A stretch of 63,612 nucleotides of DNA, counting the filler, from Olpidium bornovanus S191 (lineage: Eukaryota; Fungi; Olpidiomycota): NCBI GenBank assembly GCA_017911155.1. It is 26 parts of 26 records of this genome, joined end to end, with 100 filler letters (N's around TTAATTAATTAA, not from the genome) between each part and the next. Parts side by side here need not be neighbours in the genome. Positions count along the whole stretch, not along the records: positions 1 to 3,399 come from JAEFCI010005488.1; positions 3,500 to 4,895 come from JAEFCI010001926.1; positions 4,996 to 6,481 come from JAEFCI010005811.1; positions 6,582 to 8,557 come from JAEFCI010001673.1; positions 8,658 to 12,058 come from JAEFCI010003015.1; 21 more parts are not named here. One strand, given 5' to 3'. The notes beneath the pieces are model-generated. The model was not told the origin of the DNA and searched no databases. It worked only from the letters and a program-made list of their open reading frames with translations. Shown one piece after another: positions 1 to 11,392 of the stretch (the first letter of the stretch is position 1; each line of letters opens with the position of its first letter). The translations under genes and the position numbers were made by a program.

Positions 1-556
1 CGCCAAGCCCACTAGACACACAGCCTGGCACTGGTGTGTCTAGTCGCGCAGTCACGTGGAATTCTAGACCTAGATCCAGCTTGCGGCGTCAAGTCCATAG
101 TTCTGGCGTCGCAAGGCCATGCTCTCGGAAATTTTCCGCCATGCTGCGCCCCTCGGAAAATTTCCGAACCAAGCGCCAATGCGAGCTCTGCAGCAGCGGA
201 TGCTGCGACAGCTCGCATGGCTGCCCATATGGTGCTACACAGGACGACGCGAGCTCGCGTGCGTCCGGACGCGCGCTTGCGTCTATATAAAGCGCGTCCA
301 GCCGCGCTTTCCGGGAACTTCCGTAGAACCTTCAGACCTTCGAACTTCCAGATCTAGAACCCCTAGCTAGCTCCAGACCCAGACCCAGATCCAGAGCCAG
401 AGCGGTCAATACGAATCTCCAGACAGCGCGCAGCGCAGATTACGTACTTGACGCGTCACACTTAGACTCCAGATCCAAACCCAGAGCTAGACGGCGAATA
501 CAATCTCTAGGCAGCGCTACGCGCAGATTACGTATTTCGCTCGTTACATGGTAGCA
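1..556 (+). mobile_element. 5' LTR (partial) and PBS of a Ty3/gypsy-like retrotransposon
   Basis: Ends in ...CGTTACA at 548, followed directly by TGGTAGCA (549-556), complementary to the 3' end of an AGCAGAG-type initiator tRNA-Met. TATATAA lies near 284, there is an internal ~90-bp duplication (about 377-540), and a gag-like ORF follows. Confidence 0.7.
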
Positions 557-1126
557 ACGCCCATAATCACAATCTTAGAATAAAAAGAAAAATCGCACCT
601 GCATTAAATGGCATCCCTCAACGCCGCTGTCGGAGGACAATGTGCCCTCCCTTGGCTGCCCCCCCCCGTTTTGCACCCTCCCCCCCCCGTAAAAAAAGCC
701 CGAATTGCGCATAATTCGCACCCCCCCCCCTAGCGACTTGCAACCGTCGAATAGCAAAATGAACAAAACCATACCGCTCGTGCGCGTTTCCCCGGAGGAC
801 GGCTCACGACTGCAACTCCCACGGCAGAGGGCGGCAGCTCCTTGGGGCTGGTAAGGGTAGGAACGCGAGAGGCGGCATGAGCTGAGTTCCTTTTAGAGGT
901 TTCTTTGAGCCTTCCTTTCGAGGTCCCTTCGAACCCTCCTCGGTGCGGGCATAAACGGCGACAGGAGAGGCCATCCGACACGGCCGGATGCCTTGCAGCA
1001 AGAGCCCCAGCTGTCCCTGTTTTCTCCCTCCTTTTTCTCGAGGTTGGGCCCTTTTAGGCTGACAATTGGCGCTCCCGGGCAGGACCACAGGGGCAAGGTA
1101 AAGTCCAACACCGTCCGCAACTGGCC

Positions 1127-1712
1127 GTGGTCATGACAGGAACCCTGTCACGGTCGCCCGCGCCGCCGCAGGAGGTGCGCGTACCGGCGTTTGACGTTCG
1201 TGCGTTGGCCGAACAAATGAGAGCGGCCGAGGTGCGCGCCGCGGTTATCCAGGTCACAAAGGAACACAGGGTGTTCAAAGATGAGAATATTTCGTCGTAC
1301 CTAAAACGGTTTGAGTGCGCGGTGCGGCAATGGGAGCTCACCGACGACGAGTACTTTCGGTATTTCAAGCTAACGGTGCACGAAGTTTGCGACGAGCAGT
1401 ACGCACCACCACCGAGAGGCGCTCATAGACTCAGGCAAAAGAGCGTCTTCGGGAGCTGTTCCAATCCCGAGACGCGTCTCGAATGACAGCCCAAAAGTTC
1501 GCGGAATGGGTGGAAAGCAAGCACGACATGGACGACGTGGAAACCATTCTCAGGGCATTTGATAGAAAGTACAAGCAGCTCGACTAGGGCACGTGTGTTT
1601 GACAAGACGGAGTACCTGATGCGCGCGTTGCCTGCGGACCGCCAAGCCAAAATTGCGAAGGAACTGCGAGATGGGGAGAACTTTGTGACCGACTGGAAAC
1701 GTGTCACCACGG
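1127..1712 (+). pseudogene. Degenerate retrotransposon gag (capsid-like)
   Basis: DENISSYLKRFE...WELTDDEYF continues after a frameshift near 1400-1485 as MTAQKFAEWVESKHDMDDVETILRAFDRKYKQLD*...DKTEYLMRALP. There is an in-frame TAG near 1586, and the sequence is cut off by an LTR at 1713. Confidence 0.6.
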
Positions 1713-1829
1713 TGTAGTGTGCCCCTCTTGATGTCGACTGGCACGTGACCTGTACCTATATAGCCAGTCGGGCCCCCGGGCACACCAAATAGACTCTGAA
1801 GTCCTTCCTCCCTTCGACGTCTCACTACA
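1713..1829 (+). mobile_element. 117-bp LTR of a second element nested in the gag; its internal region probably continues to 3399
   Basis: Termini TGTAGTGTG...CTCACTACA form an 8/9 inverted match. TATATAG lies near 1757. No flanking TSD; followed by AAGTGGGG and a repeat-rich leader. Confidence 0.6.
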
Positions 1830-1880
1830 AAGTGGGGAATCCGAGGAAGAACCATCCCTTCCGACCAGCCCCTTCGATCT

Positions 1881-2040
1881 CCGCTCTCCGCCGCGCCCGC
1901 GCTTCGCCCTCCGCTCTCCGCCGCGCCCGCGCTTCGCCCTCCGCCGCGCCCGCACTTCGCTCTCCGCCGCGCCCGCGCTTCGCCCTCCGCCGCGCCCGCG
2001 CTTCACCCTCCGCCGCACCTGCGCGCCGCCTCCGCTACGC
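1881..2040. repeat. About 6 imperfect ~23-bp tandem repeats (CTCCGCCGCGCCCGCGCTTCGCC)
   Basis: Directly visible; the long ORFs over this region are low-complexity artefacts. Confidence 0.9.
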
Positions 2041-3399
2041 CCGCGTTCGGCTCCCGCCGCACTGCCTTCCGCCGCGCCGCCTTCCGCTGTGCCATCCGAG
2101 GTCCTTTCGACCAAGGAAAGCCGCGCCGTCGTTCCTCGCGTTCGACGCCGCGCGCTTTGCTTTCTGCGCCGCTGCGTTTGGCTGCTTTTCGCAGCACTTT
2201 TTTTTTCTGCGTCGCTCCGCCATCGTTTTGCCGCAGCACCCGTTTTCGCGCTTGCTTTTTCTGCTTGTTTTTGCACTTGCATTCGTTTTCGCGCGTGCGT
2301 TCGTTTGTTTTCGCCGCCGAAACGATGACCGTTTTGCGTCGTCTTCGAAACGCCACTTTCCCGTCGCTTTCGCTTGCTCGGCCCCCGCCGCGCCCACGCT
2401 CCGCCCCCGCCGCTCCTGCGCTCTGCCTCTGCCGCGCCTGCGCTTGACCTGCCGCCGCGTTTGTTTTTGAGCTAATTTTTGCTCATTTTTGAGCTTATTT
2501 TTGCTCACTGAGCTTATTTTTGCTCTCCGCGCTTTCGTCTTCGTTTACTCCATTGCTTTTGCCGTCGACGACAGCCGTTGACGATGCCCTCGCCGCGTCG
2601 TCGACGCCGCAAAGGCGCGACGCCACTGCCGCTGTCGCCCCACGTCACGGCGACTCGCACCGCTCTCTCGCCGCCGGCCATTGCGCAGTCAAATCATTCG
2701 GCCGCGTCGTCACCCACGCCCGTCGACCCCGCCGCCGTTGTGGTGTGAACGTTGTTCACTTCGATTGTGATTTTCCTTTATTACTTCGCTTTTATTCTGT
2801 TTCGATTTTGATTGTACTTTGGTTGATTTCGATTTGTGAACTTTATTCGCTTCATTTTGATTTATTCCGTTTCGATTTCAACTTTATTTTGTTTCGATTT
2901 CGATTGTACTTTATTTGCTTCGATTTCATTTTATTCCAGTTTGATTCTGTAGCCTTCGATTGGAGTCTGTCTCCTTCGAGTCGCCTTTCTATTTCTTCTC
3001 GATTTTGATTTACGCGTAGTGATAGTTTACGCGTTCAACGGCTGTACGCAGATGGATTTTCTTTTTCCCCCCCAAGCTCGAACGCACCAAATGAACGAAA
3101 CTGAACGTAGAATCAAACGCAATAAAAGCAACGAACTCACGATCTTCTCAAAGGAAACTCGGGCCATTGAGTGCTCGTTTTCCGCACCTCATCTGGTGGC
3201 CTCTGCGAGAACGCAAGAGCGGTTACGACGAAAAAGTCTAGAGAAGCGGAGTGTTCGACGCCGGAGAGCACTATCGACGGTGCTGGCATCGGGACACTAG
3301 CTTAACGACGACTCATAACCTCGACGCGTAACGGTCGAAGCGGAAACGATGGGCGCAAGGGCAGAAATAACCCCGCCACCGACATGGATGCTTGAAGGA

Positions 3400-3499
3400 N
3401 NNNNNNNNNNNNNNNNNNNNNNNNNNNNNNNNNNNNNNNNNNNTTAATTAATTAANNNNNNNNNNNNNNNNNNNNNNNNNNNNNNNNNNNNNNNNNNNN
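3400..3499. other. Artificial contig spacer (first of 25)
   Basis: N44-TTAATTAATTAA-N44. The same spacer recurs 25 times up to 62135 and places stops in all six frames. Confidence 0.98.
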
Positions 3500-3905
3500 C
3501 TTCCTCAGGGAGGTCATTTTTCTCCAACGTTTTTTCAGCCAGGTTTGTTTTTTGGGCGCCGTCGTTTCTGCGTATCTTTGAAGGGCGGTGTTTTATGCGT
3601 AGAAACTAGGCGAAATGGAACGGGAAATGGGCGTTGGGATCGAACTGCTTCGGTCCGCCGCAAAAGGCGTTCACGCGGAAAAAGTGCAGGAGTCGGAGCC
3701 GCGCCCGCCGAGGGCCCTTTGGCGGGTGCGGTGGCGGTTTGTTGGCGAAAAATCACTCGCAGTCACTTGGTTTTTCTTTTCGTTATCCCCTCCCCGATGG
3801 CGCTTTCGCGTAGCCCGGGAGTTGGTGGTGTAGTGGGGAATGGCGGCGGAGGGGAGAAGAAGGCTTGACGTGGCAAAAAAAATCCGCCCCCGCCCGTGGC
3901 AACAT

Positions 3906-4240
3906 ACGCGTAACAAGACGAGGCGGGAGGGCGATCGGTTTTCGTCGGCGGCGCGCTGACAAAAAAAAGTAGAACGCGAAAACCCCGTAGCAACCGCGAA
4001 GGATGCAACTGACGCGTAAAAGTCGAGGTGAGAGGGCAACCTATTTTTGTCGCGGTGCGCTACCGAAAAAAAAAAAGAACAACTTAAACCCCTAGCAACC
4101 GCGAAGGAAACAACGGACGCGTAATAAGACGAGGCAGGAGGGCGATCAATTTTCGTCGGCGGTGCGCTGACAAAAAAAAAAGAAGAACAACGCGTAAACC
4201 CCCTAGCAACTGCGAAGGAAGCAACGGACGCGTAACAAGA
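3906..4240. repeat. Three and a bit copies of a ~105-111-bp tandem repeat carrying ACGCGT
   Basis: Units start at ACGCGTAA at 3906, 4012, 4117 and 4228. The conserved core is TAGCAACCGCGAAGGAxxCAACxGACGCGTAA. Confidence 0.9.
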
Positions 4241-5567
4241 AGGGGAGCGAGCTCGGCGTGGGGGGGGGAAGGGCGGGGTGGGTGGAGGGAGAGGGGGGTT
4301 GCGCGAAAAAAAAAACGCTCAACCCTCCACCGCACCACAAAAACTTCCGGCCGCCGCACCCGGCGCGTAAACCCCTCTGGACGTCCAACCGGACACGTTC
4401 TGAATCCCTTCCCCAACCCCCCCCCCAGCGGCTATAAAAGGCGAGAAAAAACGAACAGAAAAAAAGGAACGAAAAAAAAACAGGAAGAAATAAAAAAAAG
4501 AACAGAAAGAAAAAAAGAAAAGAATAAAGAACGCGTACGGGTTGTGGACGAGAAGCTACCTCCCCATCTCCCGCCACCACGTGTAAGTCAGTTAAAGCGG
4601 AGGTTTGGGATTTCGCCGGAAACCAGAGCGGAGGGGGGGGGGGTGGGGGTGGAGGAGAAGAAAGAGGCGGGTGAAGGCAAGACATCAATTAGACATTGCG
4701 GGGCATAAGTTTTGTTTGTTCCCGGATGCTGAGGGAAGGAAAAATTGCGAGGCTGATCGAGATTCAACTTTCTCATCTCTCTCCGCGCAAGGGCTCAAAG
4801 AGCTCCCCACCTCTCCTTCTCCTCCCCCCGGTTGCTCCGACTTTTTTGTCAAAATTATCTCCCACGATTCCCCCACCCCACCTTTCCCCGCCTTCNNNNN
4901 NNNNNNNNNNNNNNNNNNNNNNNNNNNNNNNNNNNNNNNTTAATTAATTAANNNNNNNNNNNNNNNNNNNNNNNNNNNNNNNNNNNNNNNNNNNNCATGA
5001 GCTGCGCCCGCCAGGGAGAACGGAAAATATCCGCGGTATCGGTAGGCGAGCAAGGAGAACGCAGCCGGACACAATAGAATGACCGTGAAGACATTGTTGC
5101 AGAAAGCGAGAGCGTAGACGTAAATCGATGCACTGCAGCCCCCGCTCCTGTACACAAAACGGTCGACGACCGAAAAGCACGGCTGCAAATCGTAGGGGTC
5201 GGAATGTGCAACCACGGCTGCGAACAGTTCCGCGTATCGCGGAGACTGACGCGTGGCACGCGCCGTCAACAGGCCGAGGCTGCTCGGCCACCCGTCGAAC
5301 CGTGACGAGGAACAAGGGGCGCCGTCGACCCGCGTTCCGCGGGCATTGTCCGTCAGAGGGACCAAACTCGACCGACCAGAAATGTGCAAGGCGCCGCGTC
5401 CCGCGGCCAAGGAATATCCGCGGCCGAGAGCCCAGCACACGCTTTGCCCGGGACCGAGAAGCGGCACGTCGATCCGAATCCCGGCCACGTTCGAGGACAT
5501 CGAACAACAAATCTGTCTGACGGCTTTGATCCGCTTCACACAGGGTATACCCTTGCCACGTCGTCGA

Positions 5568-6418
5568 CTAGTGCGCTTCCAACTCCTTCGCCTTCTCCGG
5601 CGCGCCGCCGGCCGGGCCGATGGCGTCACCCGTCCATGCCTTGACCATGTCAAGCACCTTCCGCTGGCCCTCCATGTAAAGCTCCCTGTCTTCGGCAAGC
5701 TGCAGGGCCTTCGCGTGCTCCAGCTCGGCTGAGCGGCGGAACATCTCCTCGAACACTGAGTTGTACCTGGCGATGCGCTTGAGATTCCGCCTCTTCAGCC
5801 ACTTGCGCTCGTGGACAAATTCGTCGATCACGCCCTCGGGCAGCGGCGGCTTGTCTATTGACGGCTGATACGTGATCGCCTCAGACAGCTCTAATTTGGT
5901 GTTGTGCGATCCCAGAGTCGCTGTGCGTCGCAGCCAGCTTTAGCAGACCCGGCTTTTCGCAAGAAAAGGGCGGGCGGGAAAAGGGGGACGCGAGAAAACG
6001 CACCCGGCTGGCCGTAAACTCCGAAGTCGATCGGCCACGGGACAACGGTGTGATCGCCGCAGGTTTTGCGGAGAAAGTTGCCGTACTTGTCCCGCTCGTC
6101 GGAGAGGTAGACGTTCGTGGGTTGCCTTTGTGGTCGCGGGGGAGCGGAGCGCGCAAGCGATTTTGAACAGGCGCCAGGTGAGCTTTGCCCGCGTCCGGCA
6201 GAGACGGCGGCAACGAAACTCCGTCGGCGACGCGGCCGACCCAGGCCTGCACGTCTCTCGGCGGCTTTCACGCAGCACGACGTTCGGTCCCCTGCTCACT
6301 GCGCGAACAAAAACATACCCGGTCCCGGGGTGCACCAGGCGCACATCCCTCAGCTTGATAAGCGCCTCTTCAGAGAAGTGCTCTACCTTTCCCCGCACCT
6401 TGTTCGTCTTCTCGACCT
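5568..6418 (-). CDS. Mitochondrial ribosomal protein uL24m (yeast MRPL40-like), 5'-partial, multi-exon
   Basis: VEKTNKVRGKVEHFSEEALIKLRDVRLVHPGTG resembles the uL24 EAPIHxSNVxLV motif. Also RKTCGDHTVVPWP and ITYQPSIDKPPLPEGVIDEF, which resembles the fungal PPFPxxVIDEL motif. GT-AG introns; TAG at 5568. Confidence 0.6.
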
Positions 6419-7262
6419 ACACGACCGTCGGGGCGCCAGATTTTTTTTTTTTCTGCGTTGTCAACAAGCAAAAAAAACATGNNNNNNNNNNNNNNNNNNN
6501 NNNNNNNNNNNNNNNNNNNNNNNNNTTAATTAATTAANNNNNNNNNNNNNNNNNNNNNNNNNNNNNNNNNNNNNNNNNNNNAAAAAAAAAAAAAAAACGA
6601 AACAGAAAAGAAAAGAAAATTTCGTTTCTCGCTGCCGGTTGCGCCCTCTCGCGTCACTTCGGCGTGGCGAATGCCCTATACCCGACAAATTCCCGTGGGA
6701 GGGGGGGAAGAGATGGGTGTGAATTATCTTATTATTGCTCTCCCTCAAGGGCCATAGTATCTTATCCTCGCCTCCTCCACTTCTCCTCCCGTCTCATCTT
6801 TTGAGCCTCAACGCCCCGCCCCCCCATGTCTCTCCTCTCACGGGTGCTTCCTCGGCCGTACTTTTTTTTTGTCTTTTTGGGCCACCATTACGATATACTC
6901 TGGTTTTTTTCTGCATTCGCCCATAATATATCTGACATCTCTTATAATCTGATTCTTGTCAGCTGAACATCTTCACCTTGCGGAGTGGAGAGTGGTCGAC
7001 TGAAGAATGCCCAAATGCCGCCGAGGTGGGCAGTCGTGCTTCACGTTACGGTTTGCGGAACGTCCACCCCACGAACGCACCCCTGCACTGTTCGATCGAA
7101 ATACCGTTTTGACAGGTGAGAGGTGCAAACCGATTTAAGTCGGTGTCATTTCTAGGATGAGACTGGTGACGGTCGCAATTCTGCGGGGCGAGAAAGGGGC
7201 CAGAACTTGCCGGAGATGCTCAAGAGGCGTTGGTCTACCTCAAAAGAGGCACTTGGAAGACC

Positions 7263-8039
7263 TCAGCATTGCCGGCGGGCGGCGGTCTCGCCATCTCTTC
7301 GTGACCGGTCGTTGGTCGAGGCGCCGTCTGCAGAGGTTCCTCGGGCCAACGGGCGGTAATCGTGGATGTTCTTGTCGACCTCGACCTTGCCCTGCATCAT
7401 CTTGACGAACAGGGCCGTCCTCTCGCCGGGGGTCGAGGCGGCGTCCACCCTCTTAAAATAGGCGTCCACCTTGCGTTCGACGGAGTCGCCGCCGGAAAGC
7501 CCGCCCTCTTGGTCCCCGGTCCGCGGGCCTGCCGCCGGCTGCGCGCCGCTCTCTCCCACGCGCGCGCGCGCTCGGCGGGCGCAGTCCTCCTTCTGGATCC
7601 GGAGCTCGTTGAGCTGGTCGGCGTCGAGGGTGAACGGGCGGCTCTTCTCGCTCAGCCGGTACAGCAGCGCGACCCCGCGCCTCCTAGGGCGCGGGTCGCC
7701 CGCGGTGGAACTCACGTCCGGGTGGCCGAGGTCCCTGGACTCCTCGACGGTAATGTACCCCTGCTCCCGCAGAGGGGCGAGGACCGCGCGCTCCAAGACG
7801 GTCGCGCTGAACAGCTGCCGCGGATACTCGTCGCCGTACTTCGCCACGAGGCGCTCGGCCGAGATCCCGCGCAGCTCCCGGCTCAGCAGGTGCTTGGCCA
7901 GCGCGACCGGGCCCGGGTACGGCGGTTCCGAAAACCGCGCGAGCACCGACGGCGCATAAAAGTGCTCCAGCGGCGCCGCGACGAATTTTGGCGGCGTACG
8001 CTTGGACAGGAGCGTTGGGTACTTCACCTGAATCCTCAT
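7263..8039 (-). CDS. Hypothetical protein (~258 aa)
   Basis: Long ORF with normal amino-acid composition and GC3-biased codons; no family recognised. The ATG may instead be intronic (TTCAG acceptor at about 8028). Confidence 0.6.
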   Translation of the reverse strand: MRIQVKYPTLLSKRTPPKFVAAPLEHFYAPSVLARFSEPPYPGPVALAKHLLSRELRGISAERLVAKYGDEYPRQLFSATVLERAVLAPLREQGYITVEESRDLGHPDVSSTAGDPRPRRRGVALLYRLSEKSRPFTLDADQLNELRIQKEDCARRARARVGESGAQPAAGPRTGDQEGGLSGGDSVERKVDAYFKRVDAASTPGERTALFVKMMQGKVEVDKNIHDYRPLARGTSADGASTNDRSRRDGETAARRQC

Positions 8040-8265
8040 TTTTCTTTGTCTTTTTGCCTTTTTTTTTTTTTTTTTTTTTCGTCCTCCCGTCTGGAATTCG
8101 GGCGTTTTTTTTTTCTTTTTTCATTTTTTTTTTTTTTCCTCGCGGGGGGTTTTTTTGCCCCCTTCCCCCCGCACTCCTACACAGTCGACTCCCCCCGACA
8201 TCGCTCGACATCATTAAGGGAGATATGTCACCTGATGTCACTACGCAATGTCATCTAACACGGCA

Positions 8266-8490
8266 GGAGGTCGATATCGCGTTTTATCACGTCAGGACAC
8301 AACGCGCGCAGCGATGTCGGACAATGTCACGACCCGATGTCATCTGTCACGTCCGGAGGTTGATATCGCGTCGTATCGCGTCGGGACACAACGCGCGCAG
8401 CGATGTCGCATGATGTCATGACGCGATGCTGTCTGACATGCCGAGATGTTGATATCGTGTTGTATCGCGTTGGGACACAATGCTGTCGAG
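8266..8490. repeat. About 2.5 copies of an 89-bp tandem repeat rich in GATATCG/ATGTCA
   Basis: Units at 8266 and 8355; the G(T/C)TGATATC/GTCGATATC core recurs at 8270, 8359 and 8448. Confidence 0.85.
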
Positions 8491-8657
8491 AGAAAAAGCC
8501 CTTTTCGGAAGGGATAGCAGGCTGAATCGGATGGCTTGGGCCCTTGCTGCACAGTGGNNNNNNNNNNNNNNNNNNNNNNNNNNNNNNNNNNNNNNNNNNN
8601 NTTAATTAATTAANNNNNNNNNNNNNNNNNNNNNNNNNNNNNNNNNNNNNNNNNNNN

Positions 8658-10349
8658 CCCCCACCATCTTAATCCTCATCTTGTCTTCCGCAGCTGTCGA
8701 AGACAACGACGGCGTGCGGATCCGTGCCGCGGAAACCTGGAAACCTGCCGCCTCGTTCGGCGCCCCAGCTTGATCTTTCTCAATCGCGCTCTTGACACAC
8801 GCCGCAGTTCGATCCCGCAGTTCACACAGCGACGACCGAAGGAGGTCGTTTTCGGCCATCAGCTCATTCGCCCGGTTCTCGTAGTTTCCCAGCACCATTT
8901 GGTACATTTCTTCGTCCTATGTGAGCAAGATATCCGGGGCGCGACGTGAGACGCCCGGATACAGAATATTGAACCTGCAATAAAGAGTAGACCGCCCCGT
9001 CCAGACCCGATTCCCGGCTGACCTTGTTTTTCAACCGCGGCGACGCGGCTACGTGGGGCCCGGGCGCGAGGGGACTTGCGAGCTTGAGGCCGATCTTCGC
9101 GTGCTTGTATTGGTCCGCGGCCGTCTTCTGCAGCCGGTCTTTCAGTCGCCGAGTCTCCCCCTCGCGCTTTCTTAACTCGTGCTCGAACCCGGCGTATGTC
9201 AGCGGGCGGCAACTCAGACATCGTGCGGACAACGGCCAAATGCAGAACTCATCTTACAATAAAATGCGTTTTCGTCGACTGCATGTTGAATTTGAGCAGC
9301 TTCACTTCCTCGCGAAGAAGGCGGTTCCGATTTTCCTGCTCTTTCAAAAGAGCGTCAGATGCGCTGTTTCAACGCGCGCGGAAGTGGTGATTTCGCCACG
9401 GAGGGAGAATAGGCGGCCCGTTGCGTGACGTCAGGACGCCTGAAGGGCCCACGCGTGTGTCGCAAGCGGCGGGAATGGCACGCACAACGGACGTGCTCGT
9501 TTCTTTTTGCACACGCTACCTGAGCTTGGCACCAAGAGACGCAATTTCTCTGTCCGAAAGGTCGAGATTCGCCTTCACCTTCGCCTGAACGCGGCACGAT
9601 CGAATTCGACCGCGTAACACGCGTCCGGAGATCGGGACCGTTAGTGCGGCGGCAAAAACGGGCAGCAGAAAACAGCAGGCCCGCACCTGTCCGTCGCAGG
9701 CCAAGTGAACCTCCTCGGTAAGGGCTCTCAGCCGCTGCTCCGTCTCGCTCCTGTACTCAACGTCCTTCTGTCTCTGCTGTAGGATGGTGAAAAAGCAGTC
9801 GACGATCTTAACGGCAGCATCGAGGGCAGAGTCGCCGGAGTTATTTTCTGTCCGAAAGACTCCAAAAGCCGAGTCGAATGGTAGCGGCGAAGGGCACCCG
9901 AAGCTTGCAAGCTCGTGGTTGAGATACGCGCAAGCCTTCTGAAAGGCCAACGCGCCCTCACTAACGTCCGCTGCCCTGTTGCGCACACCCGGCGAACGCG
10001 CAACGGTGAGTAACTCCGACGCCGCGTTCTTGCGCTTGCCCTGTGCCCTGAAGCCACCCTTCACCCGCACCATCCTCCGCACCACCACCCTCATCCGTCC
10101 GTACCGCTCCAGGCCGGCAAGTCCGCCAACGTTCTTGTGATCGGTTCCACCGCGGTTGGACGCTATTGCGGGCTGGGACGGCGGCGGCCCCGCGTGTTTG
10201 CGGGCCAACGGGGACGCCTCGTCGCGAGGAGCCGCCGATACCGGGGGGCACGGGGTTGAGGGCTCGCAGTAGGAGGCAAGGTCCGCTTCGAATCCGGCGC
10301 CCCCGCCGGCGGGGCTCCCTTCGCCGGCCTCGACGAAAGTCGCAGCCAT
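8658..10349 (-). CDS. Afadin/alpha-actinin-binding (ADIP; SSX2IP/Msd1-like) coiled-coil protein, 3'-partial, multi-exon
   Basis: YLNHELASFGCPSPL...AVKIVDCFFTILQQRQKDVEYRSETEQRLR; ELRKREGETRRLKDRLQK; MYQMVLGNYENRANELMAENDLLRSSL. Confidence 0.72.
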
Positions 10350-11392
10350 GTGCGTGTTCTTTGCTTCTTTATCCTTTTCTCTCCGTTTCGCCTCGCCGCC
10401 GGCCAGTCGGGGACGCTGGAAGGAGCAGGTTTCGCCGCCATCCCGAATGATAAATGCCACGTGCCGCGCGCCGCAGTGCACAGCGGAGGCAGGCGAGAGA
10501 ATGGATCTGTAAATAATCCACTCTGCTGTACAGCACACCACCGCACCACGCCTCGGTGAGCTCCTGCCCCCTCGGAGACGGCGCACCATGGTCCGACTGC
10601 TGCACTTTTGGGTCCCGACCAGCGCTTGTCTTGCGATCCCGACCTCCTCGGCAGTCCGAGGTCCCAACCTTTTCCAAGCTTTCGCTGACCTAGGTTAGCG
10701 TCGTTTGTTTGTCCATTGCGCTGTGCTGCATTTTCAGGCAAGGGAGTACACAGCCGTTTCCCTTCGACATTAACGCGAAATACCTTGAGATGTATTACGG
10801 CCTCGCACAGTGATATCGCGCGGCATCACACACAATGTCTATGCAGCAATTATACTTTCTTTGGAAGCCTTCAATCGGCCCTGGAGCACAGTTTTGGGCT
10901 TTGGTTTCTTTCAGGGCAGCCTGACAACGCCGCGATTATTTTATTTCGTGCAAGGCAGAGGTTTGGACCGGCGAATCGTTTACGTTTACATTTCAGTGCT
11001 TTACCACTAGGCAGGCCACCTTGCCACGTCGCTTCCAATGTTTTTCGTCCGTGTGCGGCGTGCGCTTGGCTTATAAACTCGTGGGCACACGCTTGACTAT
11101 CTCACTTTGAAGTTTAACTAAGTCATGATGAGTCTCCAGGAGGAGCTGGACGATATCATCCTGTGCGTGGGTGCTTGTTAGCTTGCGGGATATTTGCAGA
11201 CTGTGTTATCTCACGGCATAATATCACCTTTTGCTGCTGTTTCTTTTCCTGCGGCTGGTCACCGTCATCGTCGCCATCTTCGCAGCGGTCACGTTTCTGG
11301 CCTTTGACAACAGCGTTGTCCACGGAGAGGGCATACTGGCCGAGTGCAGTGGTAGACTTTCTTGCCCGGATAACTGAGTGAGTTAGCAGACA

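Noticed and set aside
3309-3320. Minus-strand GGTTATGAGTCG as a copia PBS
   Set aside because: Only 9 nt match and it is preceded by GA rather than CA.
3906-4240. CRISPR-like array (conserved ~32-bp core with intervening sequence)
   Set aside because: The intervening segments are homologous to each other, there are no cas genes, and the context is eukaryotic.
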